From: an uncultured Verrucomicrobiota bacterium
Lineage (GTDB): Bacteria > Verrucomicrobiota > Kiritimatiellia > CAIKKV01
Direction: 5' to 3'
DNA length: 64,000 nucleotides
Assembly (NCBI GenBank): GCA_964609905.1
Contig: CAZSUH010000002.1
Coordinates: forward strand, 3,148-67,147
Shown: positions 1 to 8,456 of the stretch, one piece after another
How the letters are laid out: every line of letters begins with the position of its first letter
How positions within the stretch are numbered: position 1 is the stretch's first letter
Program-made: the position numbers and the translations under genes
Notes under the pieces: generated by a model
What the model saw: the letters and a program-made list of their open reading frames with translations, nothing else
Databases searched by the model: none
What the model was told of the DNA's origin: nothing

Positions 1-90
1 CGCCAACCCCGAATGCCGTCTTGAGCCAAGCAGAAGGGTGGAGTAGGATAGGGGCTTGTTGGCATCAGGCGGTTTATCGCGGGAGGCGAC

Positions 91-1518
91 ATGGGCGGTT
101 TCTTCGGCGTGGTTTCCAGGAAAGCGTGCGCGGGCGATCTGTTCTACGGCACGGACTACCATTCCCATCTCGGGACGATGCGGGGCGGCATGGCGACAGT
201 GGCGGAATCGGGATTTTCGCGCTTTATCCACGACATCACGAATACGCAGTTCCGGTCCAAGTTCGAGAATGACGTCACCCACCTGGCGGGGAACATGGGC
301 ATCGGCGTGATCAGCGACTACGAGGACCAGCCCCTCCTGATCACCTCCCATCTCGGAACCTACGCCATCGCGACCGTGGGCAAGATCAACAACACGGCCG
401 CCTTGATGAGGCGCGCGTTTCACCATCACGCGGCCCACATCAGCAACCTGACGCTCGGCGAAATCAATCCCACCGAACTGGTGGCCACCCTGATCAACCA
501 GGAGAACACGTTCACGGCCGGCATCCGGTCCGCGCAGGCGCTGATCGAGGGGTCCTGTTCGTTGCTCGTCCTGACCCCGACGGCGCTCTATGCCGCCCGC
601 GACCGCTACGGGCGCACGCCGATCACGGTGGGTCGGCGGGCGGGCCGCTCCAATCCTGGCTGGGCGGTGAGCATGGAGAGTTGCGCCCTGCCCAACCTCG
701 ACTTCCAGGCTGACCGCGATCTGGGCCCCGGCGAGGTGGTGCGCCTGAGCCAGGACGGAGTTGAGCAACTGGTCAAGCCGGGGAAAAAAAGTCGCATTTG
801 CGCCTTCCTGTGGGTGTATTACGGCTATCCGGCCTCGACGTACGAGGGCGTGAACGTGGAGGTGGCGCGCAACCGTTGCGGCATGATGCTGGCCCGGCAG
901 GACCGGGCGGACGGCGTGGGCGCCATCGGCGACATCGTCTGCGGCATTCCGGATTCCGGGGTGGGGCATGCGCTGGGATACGCGATGGAAAGCGGCATCC
1001 CGTACCGCCGGCCGTTCGTGAAATACACCCCCACCTGGCCGCGCAGCTTCATGCCCCAGGATCAGACCATGCGGGCGCTCATCGCCCGCATGAAGTTGAT
1101 CCCGATCGAGGAACTGATCCGCGGCAACCGCCTGCTCTTCTGCGAGGACTCGATCGTGCGCGGCACCCAGTTGCGCGACACGCTCAAGCGCCTGCGCGAG
1201 GCGGGCGCCCGGCAGGTGCACATGCGGCCCGCCTGTCCGCCGCTGGCCTTTCAGTGCAAATTCCTCAACTTCTCCCGCTCCAAGTCGGAACAGGATCTGG
1301 CCGTGCGCCGGACCGTGGAGGAGCTCGAAGGCAGGCCGGATGCGCATCTGGACGACTACACCTGTCCCGGCTCCGGGCGGTATTGCGCCATGATCGAACG
1401 CATCCGCAAGAATCTGAAGCTCGATTCCCTCAAGTATCAGAAACTGGACGACCTGATCGCCGCCATCGGCAAGCCGGCGGATCAGGTCTGCACCTATTGC
1501 TGGAGCGGACGCGAGTAA
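91..1518 (+). CDS. Amidophosphoribosyltransferase-like protein (class-II glutamine amidotransferase domain + PRTase domain). Gly replaces the Ntn catalytic Cys at position 2.
   Basis: N-terminus MGGFFGVVS aligns to PurF MCGIVGI, but Cys1 is replaced by Gly. PRTase motif LLFCEDSIVRGTQ. C-terminal Cys cluster CPGSGRYC...CTYCWSG is like the Fe-S PurF of Bacillus type. Complete 475-aa ORF. Confidence 0.55.
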   Translation: MGGFFGVVSRKACAGDLFYGTDYHSHLGTMRGGMATVAESGFSRFIHDITNTQFRSKFENDVTHLAGNMGIGVISDYEDQPLLITSHLGTYAIATVGKINNTAALMRRAFHHHAAHISNLTLGEINPTELVATLINQENTFTAGIRSAQALIEGSCSLLVLTPTALYAARDRYGRTPITVGRRAGRSNPGWAVSMESCALPNLDFQADRDLGPGEVVRLSQDGVEQLVKPGKKSRICAFLWVYYGYPASTYEGVNVEVARNRCGMMLARQDRADGVGAIGDIVCGIPDSGVGHALGYAMESGIPYRRPFVKYTPTWPRSFMPQDQTMRALIARMKLIPIEELIRGNRLLFCEDSIVRGTQLRDTLKRLREAGARQVHMRPACPPLAFQCKFLNFSRSKSEQDLAVRRTVEELEGRPDAHLDDYTCPGSGRYCAMIERIRKNLKLDSLKYQKLDDLIAAIGKPADQVCTYCWSGRE

Positions 1519-1520
1519 TC

Positions 1521-2405
1521 ATGGCCCGATGCTCCTCCCCAATCCGGTCGCTTCCGGGCGCGCTGGTGGAGTTGCCGGCGCGCGGCCGGCGGCTGGACGG
1601 CTTCTGGCGGCATGACGCGGCGCGCCGCAGGCGGCTGTTCGTGCTGGTCCACGGGATGGGCGGTCATTTTTACCGGTCGGCCCTGAAAAAGGAGCTGATG
1701 GCCCGGCTTGGGGAGGCGGACTGCGACGTGCTCAGTTTCAACAACCGCGGCAGCGGGGAAGGCGTGAATACGGAGCGGTTTTCCGATTGCCTCGCCGATC
1801 TCGACGCCGCGCTCGCGTTCGGACGGCGGGCGGGATACCGGCGGTTTGTGCTGGGCGGCCACAGCACGGGCTGCCAGAAGATTGCCTATTTCCAGCTCCG
1901 GCGCCGGGATCCGGCGGTGGAGGCGCTGATCCACCTGGCGCCCGGCGACGACCAGGCCATCTTGCGCCGCGACCTGGGCGCGGCCGGGATGGCGCGGATG
2001 ACCGCCCGGGCCCGGCGGCGCGTGCGGGCGGGGCAGGGCGATGAGCCGGTGTCGGAGGGCGACGGGTTGCCGGAGTTCTGCCGGGCCTTTTCCGCGCGGC
2101 GTTTCCTGAGCATCGCGGATCCGGACCGGGTGGAGGCGCGGCTTTTCCATTACGAGGGCGACTTGCGGCTGTTTTCCCGGTTGCGCCTCCCCATGCTCGT
2201 GCTGTTCGGCTCTCGCGAGGAGTTCGCATGCCTGCCCCTGCCCGCGATGCGCGACCGGTTGCACGCGGCCACCCGGTCCGGGCGGTTCGAATTCGCGATC
2301 ATTCGCGGCGCGGATCACGGTTTTCATGGGCATGAGCGCGCGGCGGCCGATGCGGTCATCGGCTTTTTGCGCGGCCCAGGAAACGGAAGAGGGACTGGAA
2401 CGTGA
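1521..2405 (+). CDS. Alpha/beta-fold hydrolase
   Basis: GHSTG nucleophile elbow (GXSXG) and HGMGGH oxyanion region. The ATG at 1521 lies in-frame inside the long overlapping 798..2405 ORF, immediately after the upstream stop. Confidence 0.55.
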   Translation: MARCSSPIRSLPGALVELPARGRRLDGFWRHDAARRRRLFVLVHGMGGHFYRSALKKELMARLGEADCDVLSFNNRGSGEGVNTERFSDCLADLDAALAFGRRAGYRRFVLGGHSTGCQKIAYFQLRRRDPAVEALIHLAPGDDQAILRRDLGAAGMARMTARARRRVRAGQGDEPVSEGDGLPEFCRAFSARRFLSIADPDRVEARLFHYEGDLRLFSRLRLPMLVLFGSREEFACLPLPAMRDRLHAATRSGRFEFAIIRGADHGFHGHERAAADAVIGFLRGPGNGRGTGT

Positions 2406-3475
2406 AGGCGTTGCTGCAACCGGCGATCGGAGTTCCGGCCCTGGGCATGGCCTTGGCCGGGGCGCTCCTCTTCCTGGTGCTGGTCAACAAGCGGCTGCTG
2501 ATCATCCGGTCCAGCCGGCTCAAGATGCCGGCGCTGGGCCTGGTGTTCGCGGCGCTGACGCTGGGCGGCGCCACGCTGGCCCTGGCGCTGCCCCTGGCGT
2601 GGCGGATCGTTCTGCCGCTGGCGGTGTTTGGCGGGGTGATGCTGGGCGAATGGCGGCGGCTGCGGATCCGGCGGACCTGCGCGGGCTCGCCGCCCGTGGA
2701 TACGATCGTGCACGACGTGCCGCTGCTGAAGCCGCTCACCACGACGGACCTGGTGTGCCATCGGTACGCGATCGAACTGCCGGCCTGGCGGGGCCCGGCC
2801 TTCCGCATCGTGCAATTGACCGATTTTCATGTGCATCCCGATTTTGACGAGGGCTATTATCGGAACGCGCTGAACATGGCCGAGACGCTGGAACCGGACC
2901 TTGTGTTTTTCACGGGCGACTATGTGACCCGGACCGAGTCGATCCCGATCCTGGAACGGATACTCCGCCCCATCGGAAAGGCGGGCAATTTTGCCGTGCT
3001 GGGCAACCACGATCACTGGACCGATCCGGCCCGCATTTGCGGGGCGCTTGAAAGGGCGGGGCTCCGGCTGCTGGTGAACGCGGTGGTGGAAACGGAACGG
3101 GAGGGGTGCCTTCTCAGGCTGATCGGCTGCGACTACGGGGGATATGCCAAGATCCGGATTCCGCCGTTTCCGCGGGAACCGGGGGTGAACCTGGTGTTAT
3201 GCCACACTCCGGACGCGGTTTACACGCTGGCCCGGGCGGGCGCTCATGCCGTGTTTGCGGGGCATAACCATGCCGGACAGGCGCGGATTCCCGGGCTGGG
3301 GCCGGTCATTGTGCCCTCGCGGTTCGGCCGGCTGTTCGACCACGGCCATTTCGTGGTGGAGGGCGCGCATCTGTTCGTGAGCAGCGGCATCGGGGCGGCC
3401 ACCCCGCCGCTCCGTGTTTATTGTCAACCCGACATCTTCGCGGTGGATGTGCGGGGCTCCGCTCTTTCTGCTTGA
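2402..3475 (+). CDS. Membrane-anchored calcineurin-like metallophosphoesterase
   Basis: Two N-terminal TM helices, then the phosphoesterase motifs DFHVHPD, GDYV and GNHDH. GTGA overlap with the upstream gene. Confidence 0.6.
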   Translation: MKALLQPAIGVPALGMALAGALLFLVLVNKRLLIIRSSRLKMPALGLVFAALTLGGATLALALPLAWRIVLPLAVFGGVMLGEWRRLRIRRTCAGSPPVDTIVHDVPLLKPLTTTDLVCHRYAIELPAWRGPAFRIVQLTDFHVHPDFDEGYYRNALNMAETLEPDLVFFTGDYVTRTESIPILERILRPIGKAGNFAVLGNHDHWTDPARICGALERAGLRLLVNAVVETEREGCLLRLIGCDYGGYAKIRIPPFPREPGVNLVLCHTPDAVYTLARAGAHAVFAGHNHAGQARIPGLGPVIVPSRFGRLFDHGHFVVEGAHLFVSSGIGAATPPLRVYCQPDIFAVDVRGSALSA

Positions 3476-3556
3476 TTCCCAGGCCCGATTCCGCGATACT
3501 ATCTTCCTTAACCCGTGGCCGGAAAGAACCCGCTGCGGGGAAACAAGGAGATGACC

Positions 3557-3742
3557 ATGAAAGTTGCGATTGACTTGGATGCGTGCGTCGGCTGCGGCCT
3601 TTGTGAAGGCGACTGCCCCGAGGTGTTCGAAATGGATGGCGACAAGGCGAAGTGCAAGATGACCGACGTGCCCGCGGCACTCGAGAAGTCCTGCTCGGAC
3701 GCGGCCGCCAACTGCCCGCAGGAAGCGATCAAGCTTTCTTAG
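3557..3742 (+). CDS. Small single-cluster 4Fe-4S ferredoxin
   Basis: CVGCGLCEGDCP cluster motif plus a distal Cys. AAGGAG RBS 6 nt upstream of the ATG at 3557. Alternative starts in the same frame are the ATG at 3551 or the GTG at 3515. Confidence 0.6.
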   Translation: MKVAIDLDACVGCGLCEGDCPEVFEMDGDKAKCKMTDVPAALEKSCSDAAANCPQEAIKLS

Positions 3743-3755
3743 GAGGACCCGGATC

Positions 3756-4196
3756 ATGGCGATTTTTGAATGCAGCGTCTGCGGTCACATCGAGTTCAAC
3801 CAGGCGCCGGAGAAGTGCCTCGTTTGCCGGGCGATGAAGTCGTTCAAGGAAAACGCCGCCGCGATCAAGAAGACGGGCCAGACGCCGGGCGGCGAAGCGG
3901 ATGCGAAGCATCTGCCGGCCATTGCCGTGGAAGCGGATTCCTTCTTTGCGGACCACGCGGATTCCGTCCTGGTGAAAGCGACAATCGGCGAGATGGAGCA
4001 TCCGATGAAGGCGGAGCACTATATCCGCTGGCTGGATTTCTACGTGGACCAGTCCTTCATCTCCCGTGTCTGGCTATCGCCGGCGTTGAACCGTCCCGCG
4101 GCGGCGCTGAGCGTGCGGGCGAAATCCGGCACGATCACGGTCTGCCAGAATTGCAACATTCACGGCACGTGGATGAGCGAGAAATCATTTGGCTGA
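3756..4196 (+). CDS. Superoxide reductase (desulfoferrodoxin/neelaredoxin family) with an N-terminal rubredoxin-like CxxC..CxxC zinc ribbon
   Basis: CSVCGH...CLVC at the N-terminus. SOR centre-II motifs EHPMKAEHYIRWLDF and CQNCNIHGTW, which match HPME..HYIEWI and CNLHGLW of known SORs. Confidence 0.7.
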   Translation: MAIFECSVCGHIEFNQAPEKCLVCRAMKSFKENAAAIKKTGQTPGGEADAKHLPAIAVEADSFFADHADSVLVKATIGEMEHPMKAEHYIRWLDFYVDQSFISRVWLSPALNRPAAALSVRAKSGTITVCQNCNIHGTWMSEKSFG

Positions 4197-4224
4197 AAAG
4201 CCGGACGAGAAAACCGATTGAGGC

Positions 4225-4259
4225 AACGGAGGAGTCCTTTGGGGTTCCTCCGTTTTTTA
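4225..4259 (+). terminator. Rho-independent terminator after the SOR gene, partly bidirectional
   Basis: 8-9 bp GC-rich stem aacggagga / tcctccgtt with a 12-nt loop, followed by a T-run (TTTTTTAT). It sits between convergent genes. Confidence 0.55.
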
Positions 4260-4265
4260 TGCCGG

Positions 4266-4733
4266 TCAGCCGGCAATCAGGTTGACCAGGAAGGCCATGG
4301 CCACGCCGAGCAGGAGCCCGACAAACACCTCGGTGCGGGTGTGGCCGAGCAGTTCCACGAGTTTGTGCTCGGAAAAGTGGTGCTCCTTGAACAGTTCCTC
4401 GACCATGTCGTTGAGCAGCCGGGCTTGGAGCCCCGCCGCCCGCCGCACGGTGGAGGCGTCGAACATGACGATGAGCGCCATGATGAAGGTGCTCATGAAC
4501 ACCTGCGAGTCGTAGCCCGCATTGATGCCCACCGAGGTGGCCAGCGCGCACACCGTGGCGGAGTGGGCGCTCGGCATGCCGCCCAGGCTGGAGAGATACC
4601 GGAAATCGATCCGTTTGGTGGCCCGGTAGTTGATGGCCACTTTGATCACCTGGGCGGTGAGCCAGGCCAGGAAAGGCGACCAAAAAGATGGGTTTTTGAA
4701 AAAATCGGAAGCCGAGGGAAAGATAGTCATCAT
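4266..4733 (-). CDS. Divergent PAP2-like membrane protein (DUF212 / YuiD acid-phosphatase-related family)
   Basis: Polytopic 156-aa protein with motifs GGMPSAHSA and MFDASTVRR. The start was chosen at MMTIFP, which is in-frame in the 4266..4934 ORF. Confidence 0.5.
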   Translation of the reverse strand: MMTIFPSASDFFKNPSFWSPFLAWLTAQVIKVAINYRATKRIDFRYLSSLGGMPSAHSATVCALATSVGINAGYDSQVFMSTFIMALIVMFDASTVRRAAGLQARLLNDMVEELFKEHHFSEHKLVELLGHTRTEVFVGLLLGVAMAFLVNLIAG

Positions 4734-4764
4734 GAGGTCAGTATGAAGGGGGAGGCGATCTCCG

Positions 4765-5667
4765 TCAAGCGGACGATTGACGATGCCCGAGCGCGAGCAG
4801 GCTAAGCGGCAGCAGCCCCGCGCAGACGAACAACCGGGCTCCGTTGAGGGGAACCGGGGGAACGGCCAGGCGCGCCAGATTCCAGAACAGCGCCAGCCCC
4901 GCGAACCAGACAAGGGCCAGGTTGGGCCCGGCATCGCCCGAGCGGGCCAATTGCAGGCCCGGCAAGCGTTCTCGTTTCAGGGGAAACAGAAGGGCGGCGC
5001 CCAGGAAACCCAGTTGATCGACGAGGCTGTGGGCCGTCCAGGCCAGCGCGGCAATCCAGCCCGTCGTGGCGTCCGCGGCCAGGCCGATGGCGACGCCCGC
5101 GGCGGCGGCCAGGAGCAGACTGTGACTCCAGGCGCGGTGCCAGGGAATGAACTCGATCTTGATCCGTCCATCCGGCAGGGGCACGAACGCCAGCATGGGG
5201 CCGTCGAGAATCGCCACGGACACGCGGGCTTCATAACCGATCGCGAGGCGTGCCGGGGTCGGCGCCGTGGCTTCGCCGGGTTCCGTTTCGGCCAGCGGCC
5301 TGCCGCCGGTGGTCTGAACGGGGCCGAGCGCGGCATGCACCGCGCCGTCGGGGGCGAACCGGACCGCGTAGGCCTGCCAGGCGTCCGCGCCAAGGCGGAT
5401 GGTATGCAGGCGAAGGCGGACGGTCTTGCGCGTGCGATGCGCGTGCGCAATGCCGCAGGCGATCCCGTCGGCGACCATCTGCATATCGGGGGCCAGCGGA
5501 TCGGGGACGATGTCCATCTCATGGCGGGAAAAGAATTTGACGGCCTTGAAATCGATCGTATCGGGGAGCAGACCGAACACGCCGCCGGCCAGCATGGGCA
5601 GGGGATTGCCCGCCGCGGCCTCCCGCACGGCCTCGGGGAAGCAGGACGCCACGGCGAGCCCGGTCAT
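4765..5667 (-). CDS. Membrane-bound metal-dependent hydrolase-like protein (DUF457/YdjM-like, extended)
   Basis: Hydrophobic protein with the His-rich motifs HRAWSHSLL and HAHRT. The start was chosen at MTGLAVAS. This is a weak family call. Confidence 0.35.
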   Translation of the reverse strand: MTGLAVASCFPEAVREAAAGNPLPMLAGGVFGLLPDTIDFKAVKFFSRHEMDIVPDPLAPDMQMVADGIACGIAHAHRTRKTVRLRLHTIRLGADAWQAYAVRFAPDGAVHAALGPVQTTGGRPLAETEPGEATAPTPARLAIGYEARVSVAILDGPMLAFVPLPDGRIKIEFIPWHRAWSHSLLLAAAAGVAIGLAADATTGWIAALAWTAHSLVDQLGFLGAALLFPLKRERLPGLQLARSGDAGPNLALVWFAGLALFWNLARLAVPPVPLNGARLFVCAGLLPLSLLALGHRQSSA

Positions 5668-5689
5668 GAAATGGGTGAAGCCTTTTATG

Positions 5690-6979
5690 TCAGTGCCTTG
5701 TGAGTTGCCAGGCGATGGGCAGAAGCACCACGCCCAGGGCGTTGAGGCGGCGGGAGTGAAACAGCAGGGGGATGGCACCGATGCCGGTTGCGGTTGCCGC
5801 CACCCCCAGCCCGAGCCAACCCGTGGTTCCGCCCACCAGCGCCAGGAGCAGCGCCAGCGCGCCGATCGAAACGCGGCGAACCCGTTCCGGCGGGATCAGG
5901 CGGGGCAGGATGGCGGCCAGAGGCGGCAGGCAGAGAAACGCCAGCGACGCGCCGAGCGCCACCGCGGCGGCCAGGAGCGGAAAGAGCGCCGGTTCGTCCG
6001 CCGGGCAGATCGTCTGCACCTGCCAGGCGGCTCCGCCCCGGATCAGGCCGGCGCCGGGCACGGCAAAGAGGAGGAAGGAGCCGGCGTAATAAACCATGCG
6101 GGAGGCGCCCTGCGCCACCAGGAAGGCGCGGTCATCCGACTGGGCGGCCGCCTGACCGGCCAGCAGCGAGCCGAGTCCGCCCGTGACGGCGGGGATCAGG
6201 GCCGCGAATCCGCCGCCGGCTGTTCCCGTCAGGGTTCCCTCCACCCAGGCGCGCAGGCTGAGCCCCCGGGGCGGGGGGGTTGCCGCGGGCGATTCGGGCC
6301 GGCCGAGGCAGGCCTGGATCAGGGCGGGAATGGCAAACAGGCCGATCAGGGCGGGCGCGAGCGATTGGGCCGCGCGCGCGGGCGGAAAGGGCGAATGGAG
6401 CATGAGCAGGAATCCGAGCGCGCCGGAGAGCGACAGTGTGGCGAGTCCCGCCAGCCACGACGAGGCGCTGTCCCCGAAACGGGACCAGCCGGCGGGACCC
6501 CGCACGCCGCCTTTGGGCCATTCCGAGAGCGGCAGGTAGAGGATGAGCGCCCAGAGAATCCAATGGAAGTGGGGGCGCAGCACGGCGAGCAACAGGGGCA
6601 GCAAGCGGGAGAGGAAAGGCAGGGCCATGAGGAGGAGCAGGGCGCCGCCGAGTCCGCCGGCTGCGGTATAGAGCGCGGCGGTCCGGCCCTGCCCTCGGCG
6701 GTAGGCGGACGCGCCGGGGGGCATCATCAGGGCGGTGCTTTCGTCGGGCACGGCCAGGAAAATGGCGGGGAGGATGCCGGATACGGCCCACGCGGCGACG
6801 GCGGCGGCGGCCAGGGCGGCCACGCGATCGGGGGAAACCGTCTCCGGCGGGAGCGCCTGGACGGCCAGGAACAGAACCGCCAGCAGGTTGTAAACGTGAA
6901 AGCCCGGCAGGCAACCGAGGATCACGGCGGCCGCGATTCCGGCCAGAATCCACGCGAGGAGGGAAACGGCGTCGCTCAC
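5690..6979 (-). CDS. Polytopic integral membrane protein (~12 TM), transporter-like, family uncertain
   Basis: 429-aa ORF that is almost entirely hydrophobic and Gly/Ala/Leu-rich. Repeated GGxGxLL segments are reminiscent of TctA/DUF112-type permeases. 4-bp overlap with the upstream gene. Confidence 0.4.
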   Translation of the reverse strand: MSDAVSLLAWILAGIAAAVILGCLPGFHVYNLLAVLFLAVQALPPETVSPDRVAALAAAAVAAWAVSGILPAIFLAVPDESTALMMPPGASAYRRGQGRTAALYTAAGGLGGALLLLMALPFLSRLLPLLLAVLRPHFHWILWALILYLPLSEWPKGGVRGPAGWSRFGDSASSWLAGLATLSLSGALGFLLMLHSPFPPARAAQSLAPALIGLFAIPALIQACLGRPESPAATPPPRGLSLRAWVEGTLTGTAGGGFAALIPAVTGGLGSLLAGQAAAQSDDRAFLVAQGASRMVYYAGSFLLFAVPGAGLIRGGAAWQVQTICPADEPALFPLLAAAVALGASLAFLCLPPLAAILPRLIPPERVRRVSIGALALLLALVGGTTGWLGLGVAATATGIGAIPLLFHSRRLNALGVVLLPIAWQLTRH

Positions 6980-7482
6980 GGGGGGGGCCGGGGTTGAAGG
7001 TGGTTCGGAGCGCGCAGGAGGAGGGACGGCGGCTGGCCGGCGCGGAGGGAGAGCTGGCCTTCGGCCCGAAACCAGGCGCCGGTGGCGGGCCGGGCGGTGT
7101 CGTCACGGGCCAGCAGGGCGGCGGCGGTTTCGTCGAAGGCCGAGACCCGGAGGCGTGCGGCGCCGTCGCCCAGCGTGAGGCCGAACCATTGTTTCCCGGC
7201 GCGGGATCGGCCGGAACGGGGGGCGGTGGCGACGGCGCCCTCGACCCGGACCCGGGCGAAATTCATGGACGGCTGGATGGCGTCGAGTTCGATCAAGGGG
7301 ATCTCGTGGCGGCGGGCCGCGAGCGCGAGGAGGATCAGCCCGCCGACCGCCACGGCGATGGCGAGCAGGCGCAGGAGCCGCACGCTGGCCTGGCGTTCGG
7401 TGGGACAATCGCAATAGGGGCAGGTGTCGAGAGGGCCGATGAATCGGTCGCAGGCCGGGCAATATCCCGGGCGGGTGGGCAT
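6976..7482 (-). CDS. Zinc-ribbon membrane protein with a C-terminal OB-fold-like domain
   Basis: N-terminal CPACDRF...CPYCDC double zinc ribbon, one TM helix, and a C-terminal soluble domain. Sits 3 nt downstream of the CNNM gene on the same strand. Confidence 0.4.
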   Translation of the reverse strand: MPTRPGYCPACDRFIGPLDTCPYCDCPTERQASVRLLRLLAIAVAVGGLILLALAARRHEIPLIELDAIQPSMNFARVRVEGAVATAPRSGRSRAGKQWFGLTLGDGAARLRVSAFDETAAALLARDDTARPATGAWFRAEGQLSLRAGQPPSLLLRAPNHLQPRPPP

Positions 7483-7485
7483 GGC

Positions 7486-8454
7486 CTACAAACTCCCCAC
7501 GATCAGCCGGAGAATGTCCTCGGCCGTCAGCAAGCCGACCACGTCTCCCTTGGCGTCGGTGACGAGGCACAGCGATTGGCGGGTGCGACGCATGAGGGGG
7601 AAGAGTTCCGTCAGGGGGGTGTTGTGCTTGACGAACTGGAGGGGTTTCATGTAGCGGGTCAGGGGGACGGCGCTATCCGGGGGTTCCACCCGGAGAATAT
7701 CGAACAGGTTTACGAGGCCCACATATTCTTTTTTTTCCTCGGCGTAAACGGGCAGGTTGGAGTAGCCGCAGGCGCGGGCTTTCTGGAAGAATTCCGCCAC
7801 GGTGGCCTGGCTGGAGATGACGGTCATTTTGGCCGCAGGGGTCATGCAGACGGAAGGAATAGTATCGGACAGGTCGGCCACCCGCAGGATCATGATCCGC
7901 TGCTTGGGGGTGAGCAGTCCGCTGTCCGTGCTTTCCTGGGTCAGCACGAGCAGGTCGTCGCGGGTCATGACCGGCGCGCGGGCGACCTGGCCGTCCGGAT
8001 CGCGGATGATCCAGTCGGTGAGCAGGGTGATGGCGCGGATCAGGGGGTTCATGAGACGCGCCAGTGCTTCCAGCGTCCCGATGAAGGGGCGGGTGCGGGC
8101 GATGGGATGGGCGCGAAACCAGGCCTTGGGGATGTATTCGCAGCCGATCAGGATGCCAAGGGTCATCAGGGAACCGGAAAGGAATTCGGCGCCATGGGGC
8201 AGCAGTTGGTCGGCAAAACTGGCCGCGAGAATGGAGCCCATGATCATGCAGATGTTGGTGCCGATCAGGGTGGCCCCGAAGAGGCGGCCGGGGTTGTCCA
8301 GAAAGGCCTGAATCCGCAAGGCCCAGGGTTCCTCCTCCTCCACGTGCGGCCGGAGTTTCAGGCGGTTGATGGAGATGATGCCGGTTTCGATACCTTCGAA
8401 GAAGGCGTTGCCGATCAGGCAGAGCAGGATGAGCAGGGGATACAAGGACAGCAT
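7486..8454 (-). CDS. CNNM-family transporter paralogue (DUF21 transmembrane domain + CBS pair) lacking the CorC_HlyC C-terminal domain
   Basis: DUF21 helices (MLSLYPLLILLCLIGNAFFEGIETGIISINRLKLR) followed by CBS motifs. The start at MLSLYP is preceded by GGAGG. Confidence 0.6.
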   Translation of the reverse strand: MLSLYPLLILLCLIGNAFFEGIETGIISINRLKLRPHVEEEEPWALRIQAFLDNPGRLFGATLIGTNICMIMGSILAASFADQLLPHGAEFLSGSLMTLGILIGCEYIPKAWFRAHPIARTRPFIGTLEALARLMNPLIRAITLLTDWIIRDPDGQVARAPVMTRDDLLVLTQESTDSGLLTPKQRIMILRVADLSDTIPSVCMTPAAKMTVISSQATVAEFFQKARACGYSNLPVYAEEKKEYVGLVNLFDILRVEPPDSAVPLTRYMKPLQFVKHNTPLTELFPLMRRTRQSLCLVTDAKGDVVGLLTAEDILRLIVGSL

Positions 8455-8456
8455 GT

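Noticed and set aside
798-2405. 535-aa plus-strand ORF spanning the purF-like and hydrolase genes
   Set aside because: Its first ~240 codons overlap the PurF-like gene in another frame. Only the 3' portion from the ATG at 1521 encodes a coherent alpha/beta hydrolase. This is a typical high-GC open-frame artefact.
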